A stretch of DNA of 63,421 nucleotides, counting the filler, from Octopus bimaculoides (Eukaryota): assembly GCF_001194135.2 (NCBI RefSeq). It is 4 parts of 3 records of this genome, joined end to end, with 100 filler letters (N's around TTAATTAATTAA, not from the genome) between each part and the next. Parts side by side here need not be neighbours in the genome. Positions count along the whole stretch, not along the records: positions 16,677 to 46,879 come from NC_068989.1; 3 more parts are not named here. One strand, written 5' to 3'. The translations under genes and the position numbers were made by a program. Shown one piece after another: positions 27,630 through 39,889 of this stretch (position 1 is its first letter; each line of letters begins with the position of its first letter). The notes beneath the pieces were generated by a model. That model saw only the letters and a list, made by a program, of their open reading frames with translations, was not told the DNA's origin and ran no database searches.

Positions 27630-28370
27630 ATGACATATATATAAGACCATGAAGACGGGCGAAATGCCACTGAGCATTTTACCCAACATTCTAATAATTC
27701 TGCCAGCTCAAATATTAACAATAGTCATGTTTATTTGTGGATAAAACAATTCGTTACATTGAAACCCTAACGGAATTGTTGGGCAGATAATATTGGTTTC
27801 AAATTTTGGCACAAGGCCAGCAATTTCAAGGAAAGGTCTGTGCGTTGGCACAAGACCACAAACCTGTACAGAGTGTTCGGGATGAATTTGATAGTTTGCT
27901 CAAAAGGAAAGAAAATACAATATCCCATCCAAAAATAAAAGTATTTTTAAAAAATCGAAAAATATCAACCAGATTATGACTGAGTGATAACAAGCTTATT
28001 CAAAGTAGCCACCATTAACTAGAACTATGGCTGAAAGAACGCTCCGGACACTGGCACATGCGTTTCTCACTGTGTACCTGATGAGACGTAAAAATCGTCA
28101 AATTTAACCCGAACATCTTGTACTTGATTAAAACCATCAAAGCTGGACTGGAATTTATTGCGCTTGCTTGGTGTTGCAAGATTGTTCTGGAAACATGGTG
28201 TGTGCTGTGACCCTCATTGGTGCTGCTGGTGGTGGTGTTAATGGCGGTGCTGTTGATACTATCAATTGCTTCATATAGCGTTCAGCTGTTAGATTTTGGG
28301 TCTTTTTCTTTTTTTGTGATGGAGTGTTTGTGTTGGATGAAAATGTTTGCCAGTTTTTTCTGCTTTTACA

Positions 28371-28753
28371 CTCTTTTACTCTTTTCCTTGTTTCAGTCAT
28401 TTGACTGCGGCCATGCTGGAGCACCGTCTTTAGTCGAGCAAATCGACCCTGGGACTTATTCTTTGTAAGCCTAGTACTTATTCTATCGGTCTCTTTTGCC
28501 GAACCGCTAAGTTAAACACACCAGCATCGGTTGTCAAGCAATGCTAGAGGGACACTCAAACACACACACACACAGACATATACATATATACGACAGGCTT
28601 CTTTCAGTTTCCGTCTACCAAATCCACTCACAAGGCTTTGGTCGGCCCGAGGCTATAGTAGAAGACACTTGCCCAAGATGTCACGCAGTGGGACTGAACC
28701 CGGAACCATGTGGTTGGTAAGCTAGCTACTTACCACACAGCCACTCCTACGCC
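28371..28753 (-). mobile_element. SINE family B, full length
   Basis: Reverse complement of GGCGTAGGAGTGGCTGTGTGGTAAG head, internal CA/TA tract, and GACTGAAACAAG...AAAAGAGTAAAAGAG tail. Confidence 0.92.
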
Positions 28754-29354
28754 TATAGATATCTTTTCTTTTTTTTTTTTTTTTTTTTTTTTTTTTGGCT
28801 ATTTCCTTGTTTAGTTGTCTAATGCTGAGTTTTATATCGGTCGGGATGTGTGGCTTTTTGGTGTATCGTGTATTTGAGGTTATCTCTGCTTTTTACGAGG
28901 TTAGTGTGTAATTGGGGATGTGTTTTTGATGCGTTTATAATTATTTTGCTGCGGGTATATACTGCGTGTATATACTGCAGAGTACTTGCTGTATTGTTAC
29001 TGCATTCTGAACAAAAACAAAAGCAAAAACAAAAAAGAAAAATTCTCCTTGATTCTGTTTCTTGGTGGAACTCATTCCGTTGCGCTTTTTGAAGTTCGTA
29101 AAAGTGTTTTTGGTTGCTTCATTGATGTAGGAGTGTGTTGTGATGATAATTGGTAGGTGGTCCGAGGAAATATGGGGAAATGTTTGCCATGTGGTTGTGG
29201 TAGTAAGCTAGGGGTGAGGTGCAGAAGGAGATGTCAGGGGGGAAGGGTTGTTACAGTCGGCTTGGTGAGGTATGTGTGTTGGAGGATGTTCCTGTGGTGT
29301 AGGTGTGTGCGTGCATGCGTGTGTGTACGTGCGTGTATGTGTGTATATGTATAT

Positions 29355-29393
<39 letters not shown>

Positions 29394-29469
29394 NNNNNNN
29401 NNNNNNNNNNNNNNNNNNNNNNNNNNNNNNNNNNNNNNNNNNNNNNNNNNNNNNNNNNNNNNNNGGGAG

Positions 29470-29708
29470 GGGAAGAGAGGAGAGAGGGTGGGTATAAGAG
29501 AGGGAAGGTGTGGATTGTTTGAAAAGCAAAGGCAGCCGAGTTCAGAAGATATTACATCACTTCTCTTGTTGTCTAGGAAGCCAGGAGTTGTTGTGTGTGC
29601 ATTGAAAGGTCCCCTGATGATGGTGTTTGTGCGTATGTTAAAGTGCTGTAGCCGAGGCGTGTAATCTGAAGGGACGGTTGGTGAGGACGGTGGGGCGGGG
29701 GTCGACAT
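29470..29708 (-). mobile_element. Degenerate LINE APE-endonuclease fragment
   Basis: NTIIRGPFNAHTTT...DNKRSDVISSEL..LCFSNNPHLP resembles the APE motif IILGDFNAH...RG..I...L..LN...PT. Confidence 0.6.
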
Positions 29709-30348
29709 GTATATGTTTAATATATTAATATGGTTTGCGTTGCTAATTTTTTATTTTGAAAGCTTGCATTTCGAGTGCAGTGCCGTTTCCGATTAGTTTA
29801 CCAATATCATTTCTGACATTTATACATTAAGTGTAATTTTTTTTTCTTTTTTAACGTATGTCATATGACCACCCCTGTCATAGATGGGGTATCTTTAGTT
29901 TATTTGGCTACCATGCAGAGTGGTGAGTTTTCTGGTTTACGCTAGAAAGAATGTTTCCTGAATTATTTCTATATCGATGTCGTGGGCAGAGAAAATCTTA
30001 TTAGTTACATGAAGTCTTTTTCGCATGTTTACGAAATTTTATTTTGAGTACATGTTAAATCTTTCAATGCATTCTGTGTTGAATTTGGTATTTTAAATGG
30101 AGATAATAGTACTTCTGGTTTCTTCAAGTTATTATAATTGTTGTTGTTATTACTGTTGTCAATATCATACTACTCTTTCAAATTCTGCTGAGATCCACTT
30201 TGCCTTACACCATTTCGAGGTCGATAAAATATGTACTAGTTGAGCACTAAGGCCGAGATAATCAACCTTCTCCCCACACACATACACACGAAATTTCTGG
30301 CCTTGTGCCAAAATTTGAAATCAATATTATATTGCTTTATTTAGCATT

Positions 30349-30740
30349 GTTGTTGTTGTTGGCACTCCGTCACTTACGACGTCGAGGGTTCCAGTTGATC
30401 CGATCAACGGGACAGCCTGCTCGTGAAATTAACGTGCAAGCGGCTGAGCACTCCACAGACACGTGTACCCTTAACGTAGTTCTCGGGGATATTCAGCGTG
30501 ACACAGTGTGTGACAAGGCTGACCCTTTGAATTACAGGTACAACAGAAACAGGAAGTAAGAGTGAGAGAAAGTTGTGGTGAAAGAGTACAACAGGGTTCG
30601 CCACCATCCCCTGCCGGAGCCTCGTGGAGCTTTAGGTGTTTTCGCTCAATAAACGCTCACAACGCTCGGTCTGGGAATCGAAACCGCGATCCTATGACCG
30701 CGAGTCCGCTGCCCTAACCACTGGGCCATTGCGCCTCCAC
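30349..30740 (-). mobile_element. SINE family A, full length with 12-bp TSD
   Basis: Reverse complement of family A; TSD TTATTTAGCATT at 30337-30348 and 30741-30752. Confidence 0.93.
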
Positions 30741-30840
30741 TTATTTAGCATTACCCACAAAATAAATCAAAGAAGAAAAAGATCCCATACCAAACAATAT
30801 CTGGACAAATTGATGCTGCTCTCCTGATGCAGGGTATATA

Positions 30841-32076
30841 CAGGGTGCGTAAGGTTTAAGGTATTCGAGGACACACCTTTTTGGGGCCATTGCTGCATTT
30901 TTTGCTAACTCTGTATAATCTTTGCTTCAGAAAATAATAATGGCAGATCTTCAGCCATGAAGAGGTATGCTGTTATTGTTGTTATAAAGGATGAAAATAA
31001 CGGTTTAGAAATAGCTCGATTTATAAAAGTTTCTAGATCTTTCGTCTTCAAAGTTTGTAAGGAGCCAGAGACTGAAGATGGAAAGGTATCACCAGTATCG
31101 AAGCACAAAAAGCATTCTAAAGGATCTCAAATCATCAGAACACCTGAATTTATCCAGTAAGTTCAGCAGACCATTGATTGCAATCCCCAAAAGTCCATGA
31201 GGTTAATTGCGAAAGATCTCCATGTATCAGAAATGTTGTCCACGAAGACATCAGATATAAGTCTTACATGATGAGGAAAGGTCAGTTTGTCAGAAAAAGC
31301 AAAAAAAATCACATCAGATCTTTTAGGCTCTTAAACATACTGAAAAACCCAACAGAAAATGGTTTGATTTGGTTTTTTTCTCAAACGAGAAAAACTTCGA
31401 CCAAGATCAAAAAGTTAACAAAAGAAATGACAGATGGTTATGTGCATACCCTTCTGAAGTTCCAAGTGCTATGCATACAAAATTTCCTGCAACTCTCATG
31501 GTTTTAGGGGTTGTCAGCAATGAAGGACATGTGATGCCTCCTTACTTCTTTCCACCAGGCCTCAGAGTTAACACTTCCGCCTACATTGAGGCCCTGGAAA
31601 TAATTGTTAAGCTCTGGATAGACAGTGTATGCAATGGAAGGCCATATGTGTTTTAGTAAGACTCTGCACTGTCACACATGGCTCTAGTAACACAGGAATG
31701 GATGGCTGAAAATTTTCATGATCACATAACCCCTAACATTTGGCCTCTTAATTCCTCAGATCTCAATCCATTGGACTATTACATGTGAAGCGTTGTTGAG
31801 AGAGAGTTCAATGAACACGCCCATAACACCAAAGATTCTTTGAAAGCTGCCATAGTCAGAGTAATATCCAAAATGAACCAGGACCATTTGATTCGAACAT
31901 GTAGATGATTTAAATCTCGTACAGAAGCAGTTGTTGAAGCTGAATGTGGCTTTATTGAATATTATAGAAAAGGTTTATTTTTGTCCTCAGCATTTTTTGA
32001 TAAATGAAGTTAGTATCTGTTATTATATATGTTCTTTATAAACATAAATCTGTCCTCAAATATCTTGCGCACCCTG
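30841..32076 (+). mobile_element. Full-length Tc1/mariner-superfamily transposon, DD37D (maT-type), inactivated
   Basis: TIR CAGGGTGCGYAAG with TA at both ends (30839-40, 32077-78); transposase about 30957-31960 with WFFS(D)EKNF...YVF**DSALSH...WPLNSSDLNPLDY, 37 residues between the last two Asp; several stops and frameshifts. Confidence 0.92.
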
Positions 32077-32089
32077 TACATATATAGTT

Positions 32090-32290
32090 CATATTTACAG
32101 AAAACAAAACACGAAGAGAGAAGACAGGTGAAGGAACAACAAGCAGATGTATTAGGTTAACGTTCGGAAAGAATGGAAAAGTCTTTGACGTTTCGAGCCT
32201 ACGCCTTTTGACAAAAAGGATTGAGAGGGAAAAACAAAACGGGGAGAGAAAAAATGTGGAGGGATTAAGGATTAACGGTTCAACATATGA
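32090..32290 (-). mobile_element. Short repeat family HH-2, diverged copy with degenerate hammerhead (32183-32219)
   Basis: Aligns with 43655-43880; minus strand CCTTT-TTGTCAA-AAGGC GTAG GCTC-GAAA-CGTC-AAAG. Confidence 0.7.
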
Positions 32291-32443
32291 ATTGGCCACA
32301 CACACACACACACACACACACACTTTTCTCTCATCTTACTCCTCCTGTTGCCTCTTCATGTTATGTAAGGCGCTACGAATTCTAGACTGTCCCTGTAATA
32401 TCTCCTTCATCAGATGCAGTGACAATTAAATCCTCCTCCTCTT

Positions 32444-32506
<63 letters not shown>

Positions 32507-32512
32507 CATCAT

Positions 32513-32745
32513 TAAGGCAACAAGCTGGAAGAACTGTTAGCACACTGAACAAAGTGTTTGGAGGCATTTCGTTCTGCATTAAAATTCTACCGATATCAAT
32601 TTTACCTTTCAACTTTTCGGGGTCGATGAAATAAGTACCAGTTGAGCATTGGACTCGATGTAATGAACTAACCTCCTCCTCCCCCCCCACACCTCACGTC
32701 ACCCACAAATATCAGTACTTGTGTCAATCATAAAGCATTATTATT
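32513..32745 (+). mobile_element. SINE family C following a (CCT)/(CAT) microsatellite
   Basis: Family C motifs. Confidence 0.8.
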
Positions 32746-32751
32746 ATTATT

Positions 32752-33510
32752 ACTAGCATCCATACCCGGCCTCTTCCGGGTTTACAGCTTTCTAAAATAT
32801 ACAGGGTGGCCCAAAAGTAAGTTTACAATTATTCAGCTATCTCTTTCGCATACATATATTAACAGATTAGATTTTAATTATGGAAAAAATATGAAACCAT
32901 TATTCTATGCTAATTTAGTTAATTTTGTCAAGCTCCCTTTTCAGTTTGTAAGATAGAAATTTAAATGTAATAAAATGTTTTAAAAGAAATTTAAAGTGCC
33001 TACGTGATAACCGTAAACCTACTTCTGGGCCGCACCCTGTATATTCCCTGTATTGGACAAAGTTCTTTTAAAAATATGCTGGCAATTTTCGTTTCGTCCG
33101 TGTTTTGTCGACTCACTGACATTTGTAGGATCTAAGTTCTCTAGAAGAGCGTTCAAGTTGAACTTAAAAATGCGCAACAAAATAAACAACTATAAAGTCT
33201 AAAATATAATGAACTCATTTTTTTAGGCTCTATATTTGTCTTTTATCTTTTCTTTATTTCATTGGAAATTACGCTCTTTTTTCAAAACACTGTATTAATT
33301 TACGTAATTACACCCAATTAATTATTTTCTTAATCAGTATCTTTTTCACTGTGTCTTGAAGTACTTAGCAGTATACATAATTCTCAACTTTTATGTCTGC
33401 AACTAAAAAAACACGACTTTCAAAATACGTTCACGTAGATTATGAGTTTTCCTCGAAAACACGTGACCCTATGCTAAATGTCAGATTCCTAGGTGCAACA
33501 CTGCGGCATA
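32752..33510 (+). mobile_element. Possible Helentron-associated non-autonomous element hosting the MITE below
   Basis: Starts ACTAGC followed by hairpin ACCCGG-cctctt-CCGGGT (32764-32781); the 3' boundary is a guess. Confidence 0.3.
32802..33039. mobile_element. Tc1/mariner MITE
   Basis: TIRs CAGGGTGGCCCAAAAGTAAGTTTAC / GTAAACCTACTTCTGGGCCGCACCCTG, flanked by TA. Confidence 0.88.
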
Positions 33511-34098
33511 CAATTAGTACATGACAGGTACACTGTATCGACATTGGAGAAAAACTCGTTTAAATAGCGATTCCTGAATATAAGACCACACATTCAGACG
33601 AAGGAACAGACGATATGACCAACCCTAGGTTTTTAACCCAGATTTTATATACTTAATAAATCACTCCCAGAAGAATAATACAAGGTTAACTTCAGCGGGA
33701 TTCGAATTCGAGACCGTAAGGGACGTAATTAAATGCCACAAGGCATTTTTGTCTGACGCACTACCGACTTTGCTAATAATATTTCGTGAAATATAGAACT
33801 CCTACGTGAAGCCATACATGTTTTTCCTTTTTTTTTTATTGGGCGAGTACTAGACTTATGAACATCTTCAAAGACAGGATACAAACTGACTGGAGTTGGT
33901 TAACCAATGAGAGTAGTGTTGTTGCTCTTCTTCTTCTTCTTCTTAATATTATTATTATTATTATTATTATTATTCTCCTCTGTTTTGCTGCTGCGGCTGT
34001 TCTTATTTAGTACCAAGTCAACCTTAGTTAGCACTAAAACCATTGCATCTTATTTACATATATATATATACATACATACACACACACGTATATGTATG

Positions 34099-34225
<127 letters not shown>

Positions 34226-35202
34226 TTTTCTAAATCTACATTATCTAACAGGTACCGCTCTTTGCTTTTTCAAACTCTAGGATGTAGCTATTGCTTTCTG
34301 CAAGTCGAGAGATAGCACAGAAGTTCAATATTTCGCTGGTTGTAAGTAAAATTATAAAACAAGTTACGACCGAACGGCCATTTTCAAGAACTATATTGAT
34401 AATTAAGTGGTGGGCAATAGAGTTTAAGGGTCCTTTTGTTTGCGATCTAAAGGGTCCAGATGGCTCCCACGATTGTCACAGGAATAAAATGAAACATCTA
34501 GAACTATTACTACTACTACTACAACCCAAATTTTACTGTCAATAGCATGAATTAGATAAACACTTAGCTTAACTAATGTTGTTTACTTTACGTGCATTGG
34601 TTTTCATTTCACTATTAAGCTCAAACCTCGCCCCGGACGTCAACCATTTTATTATTGGCATATATAACATAAATACGTACAAAAGCTAACATACACACAT
34701 AAGAACATGGCAACACACATATGAATTGAAAGTGAGTGCGAGTATAAGAGAGACTGGGTATGTTAGGTAATAAAACTAAGTTGACCTTCTGATAAATTAC
34801 TCAATATATATTAAAATCTTGAGTTGATGTAATTTGAATACCGTATTTTCCGGCATACAATTCGACGTACTGTATCGTGTAAACTGTAGTGTAAGCATTC
34901 AAACATCGTCACCATTTTTCCAAAATTCTGCTGTATTTCACATGGAAATTTTGGTTCTTCAAAGTTGTCTTGGTGCAGACTTCGACCAACCTTATTTTGG
35001 CAGCAAATTTTCGTCTGCAAAATTTGATTTGTAAACCGGAAAAAAAAATACGGTGTTATTTTACAGGTAAAACCATTTGCTTCGCTTCATAACAGGACCG
35101 AATCAAGTGCAAATATGACGAAGTAAATAACTGGATGCTACAGAGCTTTAATGTTCAAATAAGTAAACAACATAAGAACAATATAGATACACGTATATAT
35201 GC

Positions 35203-35238
<36 letters not shown>

Positions 35239-35379
35239 GTTTAAAAAGACAATAGATTCTTTCTATACCTACTGTCTCTGAAGAGTACGTGATACTAGTT
35301 AACCAACCTGCTATCTGATATCCGAATATCTAATACCCAGTGTGAAACAGATTGGTAATATTGCATTATATATATATAT

Positions 35380-35811
35380 ATAATAACTATACAATAATAT
35401 CTCATAATGATAATATATATACTCCGATTTAAAGCGACATTTATCTAAACAATTGGCCGAAAAATGATGAGCTAACTCCGGTTAGAATCGAACCTACATA
35501 CCAACGCTATTATGGCTCCTTGCACATCCGATTGAACCAGAACACTCACCCATAAATTTCAGTCAAATCTTATTTTTAGATACTTAACTGTCTAGTACTC
35601 CATATAATATTTGGAAACAAACCGGAGGCTTGATAAGTTGCGGAGAAAAGCGACTACAAAAATCTTCTTTATACAATAATAACTAGATAATATATCAGAA
35701 TAATAATAATATATATACTCCAATTTAAAGTGACATTTATCTAAACAACTGGCCGAAAAATGATGAGCTAAATCCAGGTAGAATCGAACCCACATATCAA
35801 CGCTAACATGG
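35380..35811 (-). repeat. Two tandem copies of a short tRNA-like/SINE-head repeat
   Basis: 35380-35516 aligns with 35677-35811; minus-strand B box GGTTCGATTC in both; A-box-like TGGTTCAATCGG in the first (35528-35539). Confidence 0.65.
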
Positions 35812-35879
35812 ATCAACACCCTTTTGGATGACTTCGAACTTTCTAACTCAAATATCTTGCTGGTCGCATTTTCGTAAGA

Positions 35880-36130
35880 ATGTGACCAAATAGTCGGGAA
35901 ATTGGGAGAATGGTTGCATGACTTTCTGAAGGATAGAAGTCAGGTGGTAATAGTCAATGTGGCCAGCTTCAGTGATGCACAGACAGTGAACGGTGTTTCG
36001 CAAGGCACTGTTCTGGGACCACTACCGATCATAATGTTCCTCTCGGATATGCTCTCAGCCACAGAGAGAGCCACGGTCACAAATTATGCAGATAATACAA
36101 AAGTCTCACAGGTGATACAGAAGAGAGATG
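35880..36130 (+). mobile_element. CR1/L2-like LINE reverse transcriptase fragment
   Basis: GEWLHDFLKDRSQVV...GVSQGTVLGPL...YADNTK (RT motifs GVPQG and YADD). Confidence 0.85.
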
Positions 36131-36264
36131 GCGACACTGAACAAACTGGGCGTTTCCACACCTTTTTACCATAAGAGAAAATTTTTTCTCCACGGTAACT
36201 GCAGTGTATGTGCCTTTAGCAGTTGAAATATGTGACAAACGTATTTCAACTAACCTAAATTCTG

Positions 36265-36299
<35 letters not shown>

Positions 36300-36695
36300 N
36301 NNNNNNNNNNNNNNNNNNNNNNNNNNNNNNNNNNNNNNNNNNNNNNNNNNNNNNNNNNNNNNNNNNNNNNNNNNNNNNNNNNNNNNNNNNNNNNNNNNNN
36401 NNNNNNNNNNNNNNNNNNNNNNNNNNNNNNNNNNNNNNNNNNNNNNNNNNNNNNNNNNNNNNNNNNNNNNNNNNNNNNNNNNNNNNNNNNNNNNNNNNNN
36501 NNNNNNNNNNNNNNNNNNNNNNNNNNNNNNNNNNNNNNNNNNNNNNNNNNNNNNNNNNNNNNNNNNNNNNNNNNNNNNNNNNNNNNNNNNNNNNNNNNNN
36601 NNNNNNNNNNNNNNNNNNNNNNNNNNNNNNNNNNNNNNNNNNNNNNNNNNNNNNNNNNNNNNNNNNNNNNNNNNNNNNNNNNNNNNNNNNNNNNN

Positions 36696-37520
36696 TTCAT
36701 CTTGACAGATGACAGCCGTCCAATCAACACACACACTACACCACACAGCATAATCACTCCGTTGATGAGCCTTTAGATCACTTTTAAGACCAGCTGCTGA
36801 CTGACAGGTTTTAAAACACAAGTGACAGATTTCATTCAAGTTTCTTCTATATCTTTGCCCTTTGGAATCTGATTCTGAAGGAATGGTTTTTGTGAACTAG
36901 CATATGTCTTTTAAGTCCAGATAGTGTCTTACAAGTTTTTTTACCTATGACACAAGTCGTAGGAGGCGGTTGGTGTCCAAGGTCATTATTTGTCTGTGCA
37001 TTACGATTTTCATGTGACTTCCTATGATTCACATCTCCTGCTTTTGACAACAGAACACGATCGCATGTAATACATATCCAATATTCACTGTTGATTACAG
37101 TTTAAATTGTTCCTTTGCGACAGGCCCTTTTAAGTTCAGAGTGCTGAATCATCTTTTCTTCCCAGGCATTGCAACTAGTCCTAACAGCACTTCTACACTT
37201 GTTCCGATCTAGAGCATCCCTTTCCCAATCACTTTTGTTCATATCTAGTTTTTTCATGTTTTCCTTCACACAGTCTTTATATCTTTTCCTCGGCTTATGT
37301 TGTGGTCGCTTACCAGAGTTGAGCTCACCATAAAAAAGACGCTTTGGCAAACGCTCGACTTTCATTCTAATAACATGGCCAGTCCATCTCATTTGAGCCA
37401 AGATAACATGTTGTTCAATTGAGCTGAAGCGTGCCATGCGCAAAACCTCTGTATCTGGTATGAAACATTCCCACGTGACTCCTAAGATACGTCAGAGGTA
37501 CTTTTGATGAAGAAATTTCC
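36696..37520 (-). mobile_element. RTE-clade LINE 3' fragment with C-terminal C2H2 zinc fingers
   Basis: QMRWTGHVIRM..ERLPKRLFYGEL..GKR..KPRKRYKD...W...A.DR, followed by three C-x2-C-x12-H-x3-H-spaced motifs. Confidence 0.87.
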
Positions 37521-37997
37521 TATAATTTCGATTTCTCAAGTTTATTGAATTTTTTTAATTCCAATTTCTCACAAATTTAAATATTCACTGCGTCCAAATC
37601 CTCACAAATTTAAATATTCATTGCATTCACTGCGGAGTAGTCCATTTTCATTTGCAAAGTCTCTCACTTTGTCTTTTAAGTTTTAATTCGCTAGTAATGA
37701 ATACGTAATGTAAAAACTTTACTTAGTAAATTAATTTTTTTTTAAATAGACGTATAATTCTAAACGTGGGATAGCTGTGAGAGGAGCCTAGAAAGTTGGG
37801 TAATTACTATTAGAAGACGAAGAGAAAAAAAAACTAAAAGACAAGTACTCGAAACTTGTACCTTATTCACAGTTTCCAAACACAACTTCAACAGTTACAC
37901 ACACACACACACACACAAACACTAATACACACTCGCGCACACACATAGATACACATACACACAAATGAAAGGCAATGAGTGTATGCGTGTGCGTGTG

Positions 37998-38080
37998 CTG
38001 TTCACTGACAAAACTTCGTCCTGTATCACTTTTGTGAAGTTCTCTCAGTGAACAGGTCGCGATTTCAAAGTGAGGGAAAA
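37998..38080. repeat. Family HH-3 remnant: inverted CTGTTCACTGACAAAACTTC / GAAGTTCTCTCAGTGAACAG plus partial hammerhead
   Basis: Plus strand CA-GTGAACA-G-GTCGC-gatttcaaa-GTGAG-GGAAAA matches the 46689-46739 fold. Confidence 0.6.
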
Positions 38081-38207
38081 GTGATTTAAGGGCGATTTGG
38101 CTGTTGCATCTAGTACATCCAAAGACAACTCTCCTCGTTTCTTTATCACTCTCGCATGTATTGATATTTTTCAGTATTTTTTTTCTCCATTAATATACTT
38201 AGATGTT

Positions 38208-38596
38208 GTGGGGAAGCGCAATGGCCCAGTGGTTAGGGCAGCGGACTCGCGGTCATAGGATCGTGGTTTCGATTCCCAGGCCGGGCGTTGTGTGTGTTTA
38301 TTGAGCGAAAACACTTTAAGCTCCACGAGGCTCCGGCAGGGGATGGTGGTGAAACCTGCTGTACTCTTCCACCACAACTTTCTCTCACTCTTGCTTCCTG
38401 TTTCTGTTGTACCTGTAATTCAAAGGGTCAGCCTTGTCACACTGTGTCACGCTGAATATCCCCGAGAACTACGTTAAGGGTACACGTATCTGTGGAGTGC
38501 TCAGCCACTTGCACGTTAATTTCACGAGCAGGCTGTCCCGTTGATCGGATCAACTGGAACCCTCGACGTCGTAAGCGACGGAGTGCCAACAACAAC
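38208..38596 (+). mobile_element. SINE family A
   Basis: Near-identical to 18919-19302; CAA tail. Confidence 0.93.
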
Positions 38597-38749
38597 ATAT
38601 TTATATGTTATAAAAAAGAAAATTTGAGAAATTATGAATTATTTTACAACCCCACTCCCTGCCTCCGATTGTTTCTGTTTAGAAATTAAAATACTGGAGA
38701 GCCTGAGAAGTACAATGTTGGCATTTCTCCACAGTGATTTTAAAAAATT

Positions 38750-38919
38750 AGGGAGAGGTACTTGCGTAGCAAGTGACTTGATCTGAGATTGTGTGCTGAA
38801 ACAAAAACAATTGCAGTGTGGAAGATGTTTGTAAACCATTCAAGAACACACAAAAAATGTTAGTTTCACTTCAACATTAAAACTTCATTTGTGTCAAAAT
38901 ATTTTCGTCACTTTGAAAT
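38750..38919 (-). mobile_element. Repeat family HH-3, partial copy
   Basis: Aligns with 46551-46715; retains TGTCAAAATATTTTCGTC. Confidence 0.75.
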
Positions 38920-39330
38920 TTTCATAGCTCCCATTAACAAAAATGTGTGCCAGACCTTCCAAGGTTTCCTAGTTATATATATGACTTTATACACCGCTTT
39001 TTTTTACACTTCAAGGTGTAATATTGTAACGTCTTTCTAATTCATGTACTACCTCAGGTTAAGTTAATACAGAAGCATTTAATTGTTTGGCGCTCAGGAG
39101 TCTATGAAACTCTAATGTGACAATACTTGAGAACAATAATCCGGATAACTGAAAACAAATGATTTCCAAAAGATCAAAATGGTTTCTTTTTATCTTTTAA
39201 ATGCTTTCGGACTCTTTCTAGACCAATTTTACTATTTGCATATAACGATATCTCATTCGTAACTTTAATACTCTGGTCTGGCACGTCTCACATATCTAGG
39301 GTTGTAGTCTGTTTTGCTTTCGTGTGTACT

Positions 39331-39851
39331 GGCGCAGGAGTGGCTGTGTGGTAAGTAGCTTGCTTACCAACCACATGGTTCCGGGTTCAGTCCCACTGCG
39401 TGGCACCTTAGAAAAGTGTCTTCTACTATAGCCTCGGACCGACCAAAGCCTTGTGAGTGGATTTGGTAGACGGAAACTGAAAGAATCCCGTCGTATATAT
39501 ATATNNNNNNNNNNNNNNNNNNNNNNNNNNNNNNNNNNNNNNNNNNNNNNNNNNNNNNNNNNNNNNNNNNNNNNNNNNNNNNNNNNNNNNNNNNNNNNNN
39601 NNNNNNNNNNNNNNNNNNNNNNNNNNNNNNNTGTGTGTGTGTGTGTTCCGTGTTTGTCCCCCCACCATCGCTTGACAACCGACGCTGGTGTGTTTACGTC
39701 CCCGTAACTTAACTGTTCGGCAAAAAGAGAACGATATAATAAGTACTAGGCTTACAAAGAATAAGTCCTGGGGTCGATTTTCTCGACCAAAGGTGGTGCT
39801 TCAGCATGGCCGCAGTCAAATGACTGAAACAAGTAAAAGAGAGTAAAAGAG
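39331..39851 (+). mobile_element. SINE family B (internal microsatellite/gap)
   Basis: GGCGCAGGAGTGGCTGTGTGGTAAG...GGGTTCAGTCCC head; tail CATGGCCGCAGTCAAATGACTGAAACAAGTAAAAGAG. Confidence 0.92.
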
Positions 39852-39889
39852 AGAATGGTTGTATTGTGCTAGAGGCTAATAGGGAGCAG

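Noticed and set aside
28072-28110. Hammerhead-like CTGATGA-GACG(taaaaat)CGTC-AAAT
   Set aside because: G12 is missing and there is no stem I pairing; at best a decayed relic.
28155-28468. ORFs at 28155-28424(-) and 28217-28468(+) as a host exon
   Set aside because: Partly SINE-derived, driven by GGT/GCT low complexity, with no recognisable domain.
36765-37074. Host C2H2 zinc-finger gene
   Set aside because: Fingers are contiguous with RTE retrotransposon C-terminal sequence, lack TGEKP linkers and carry disabling changes.
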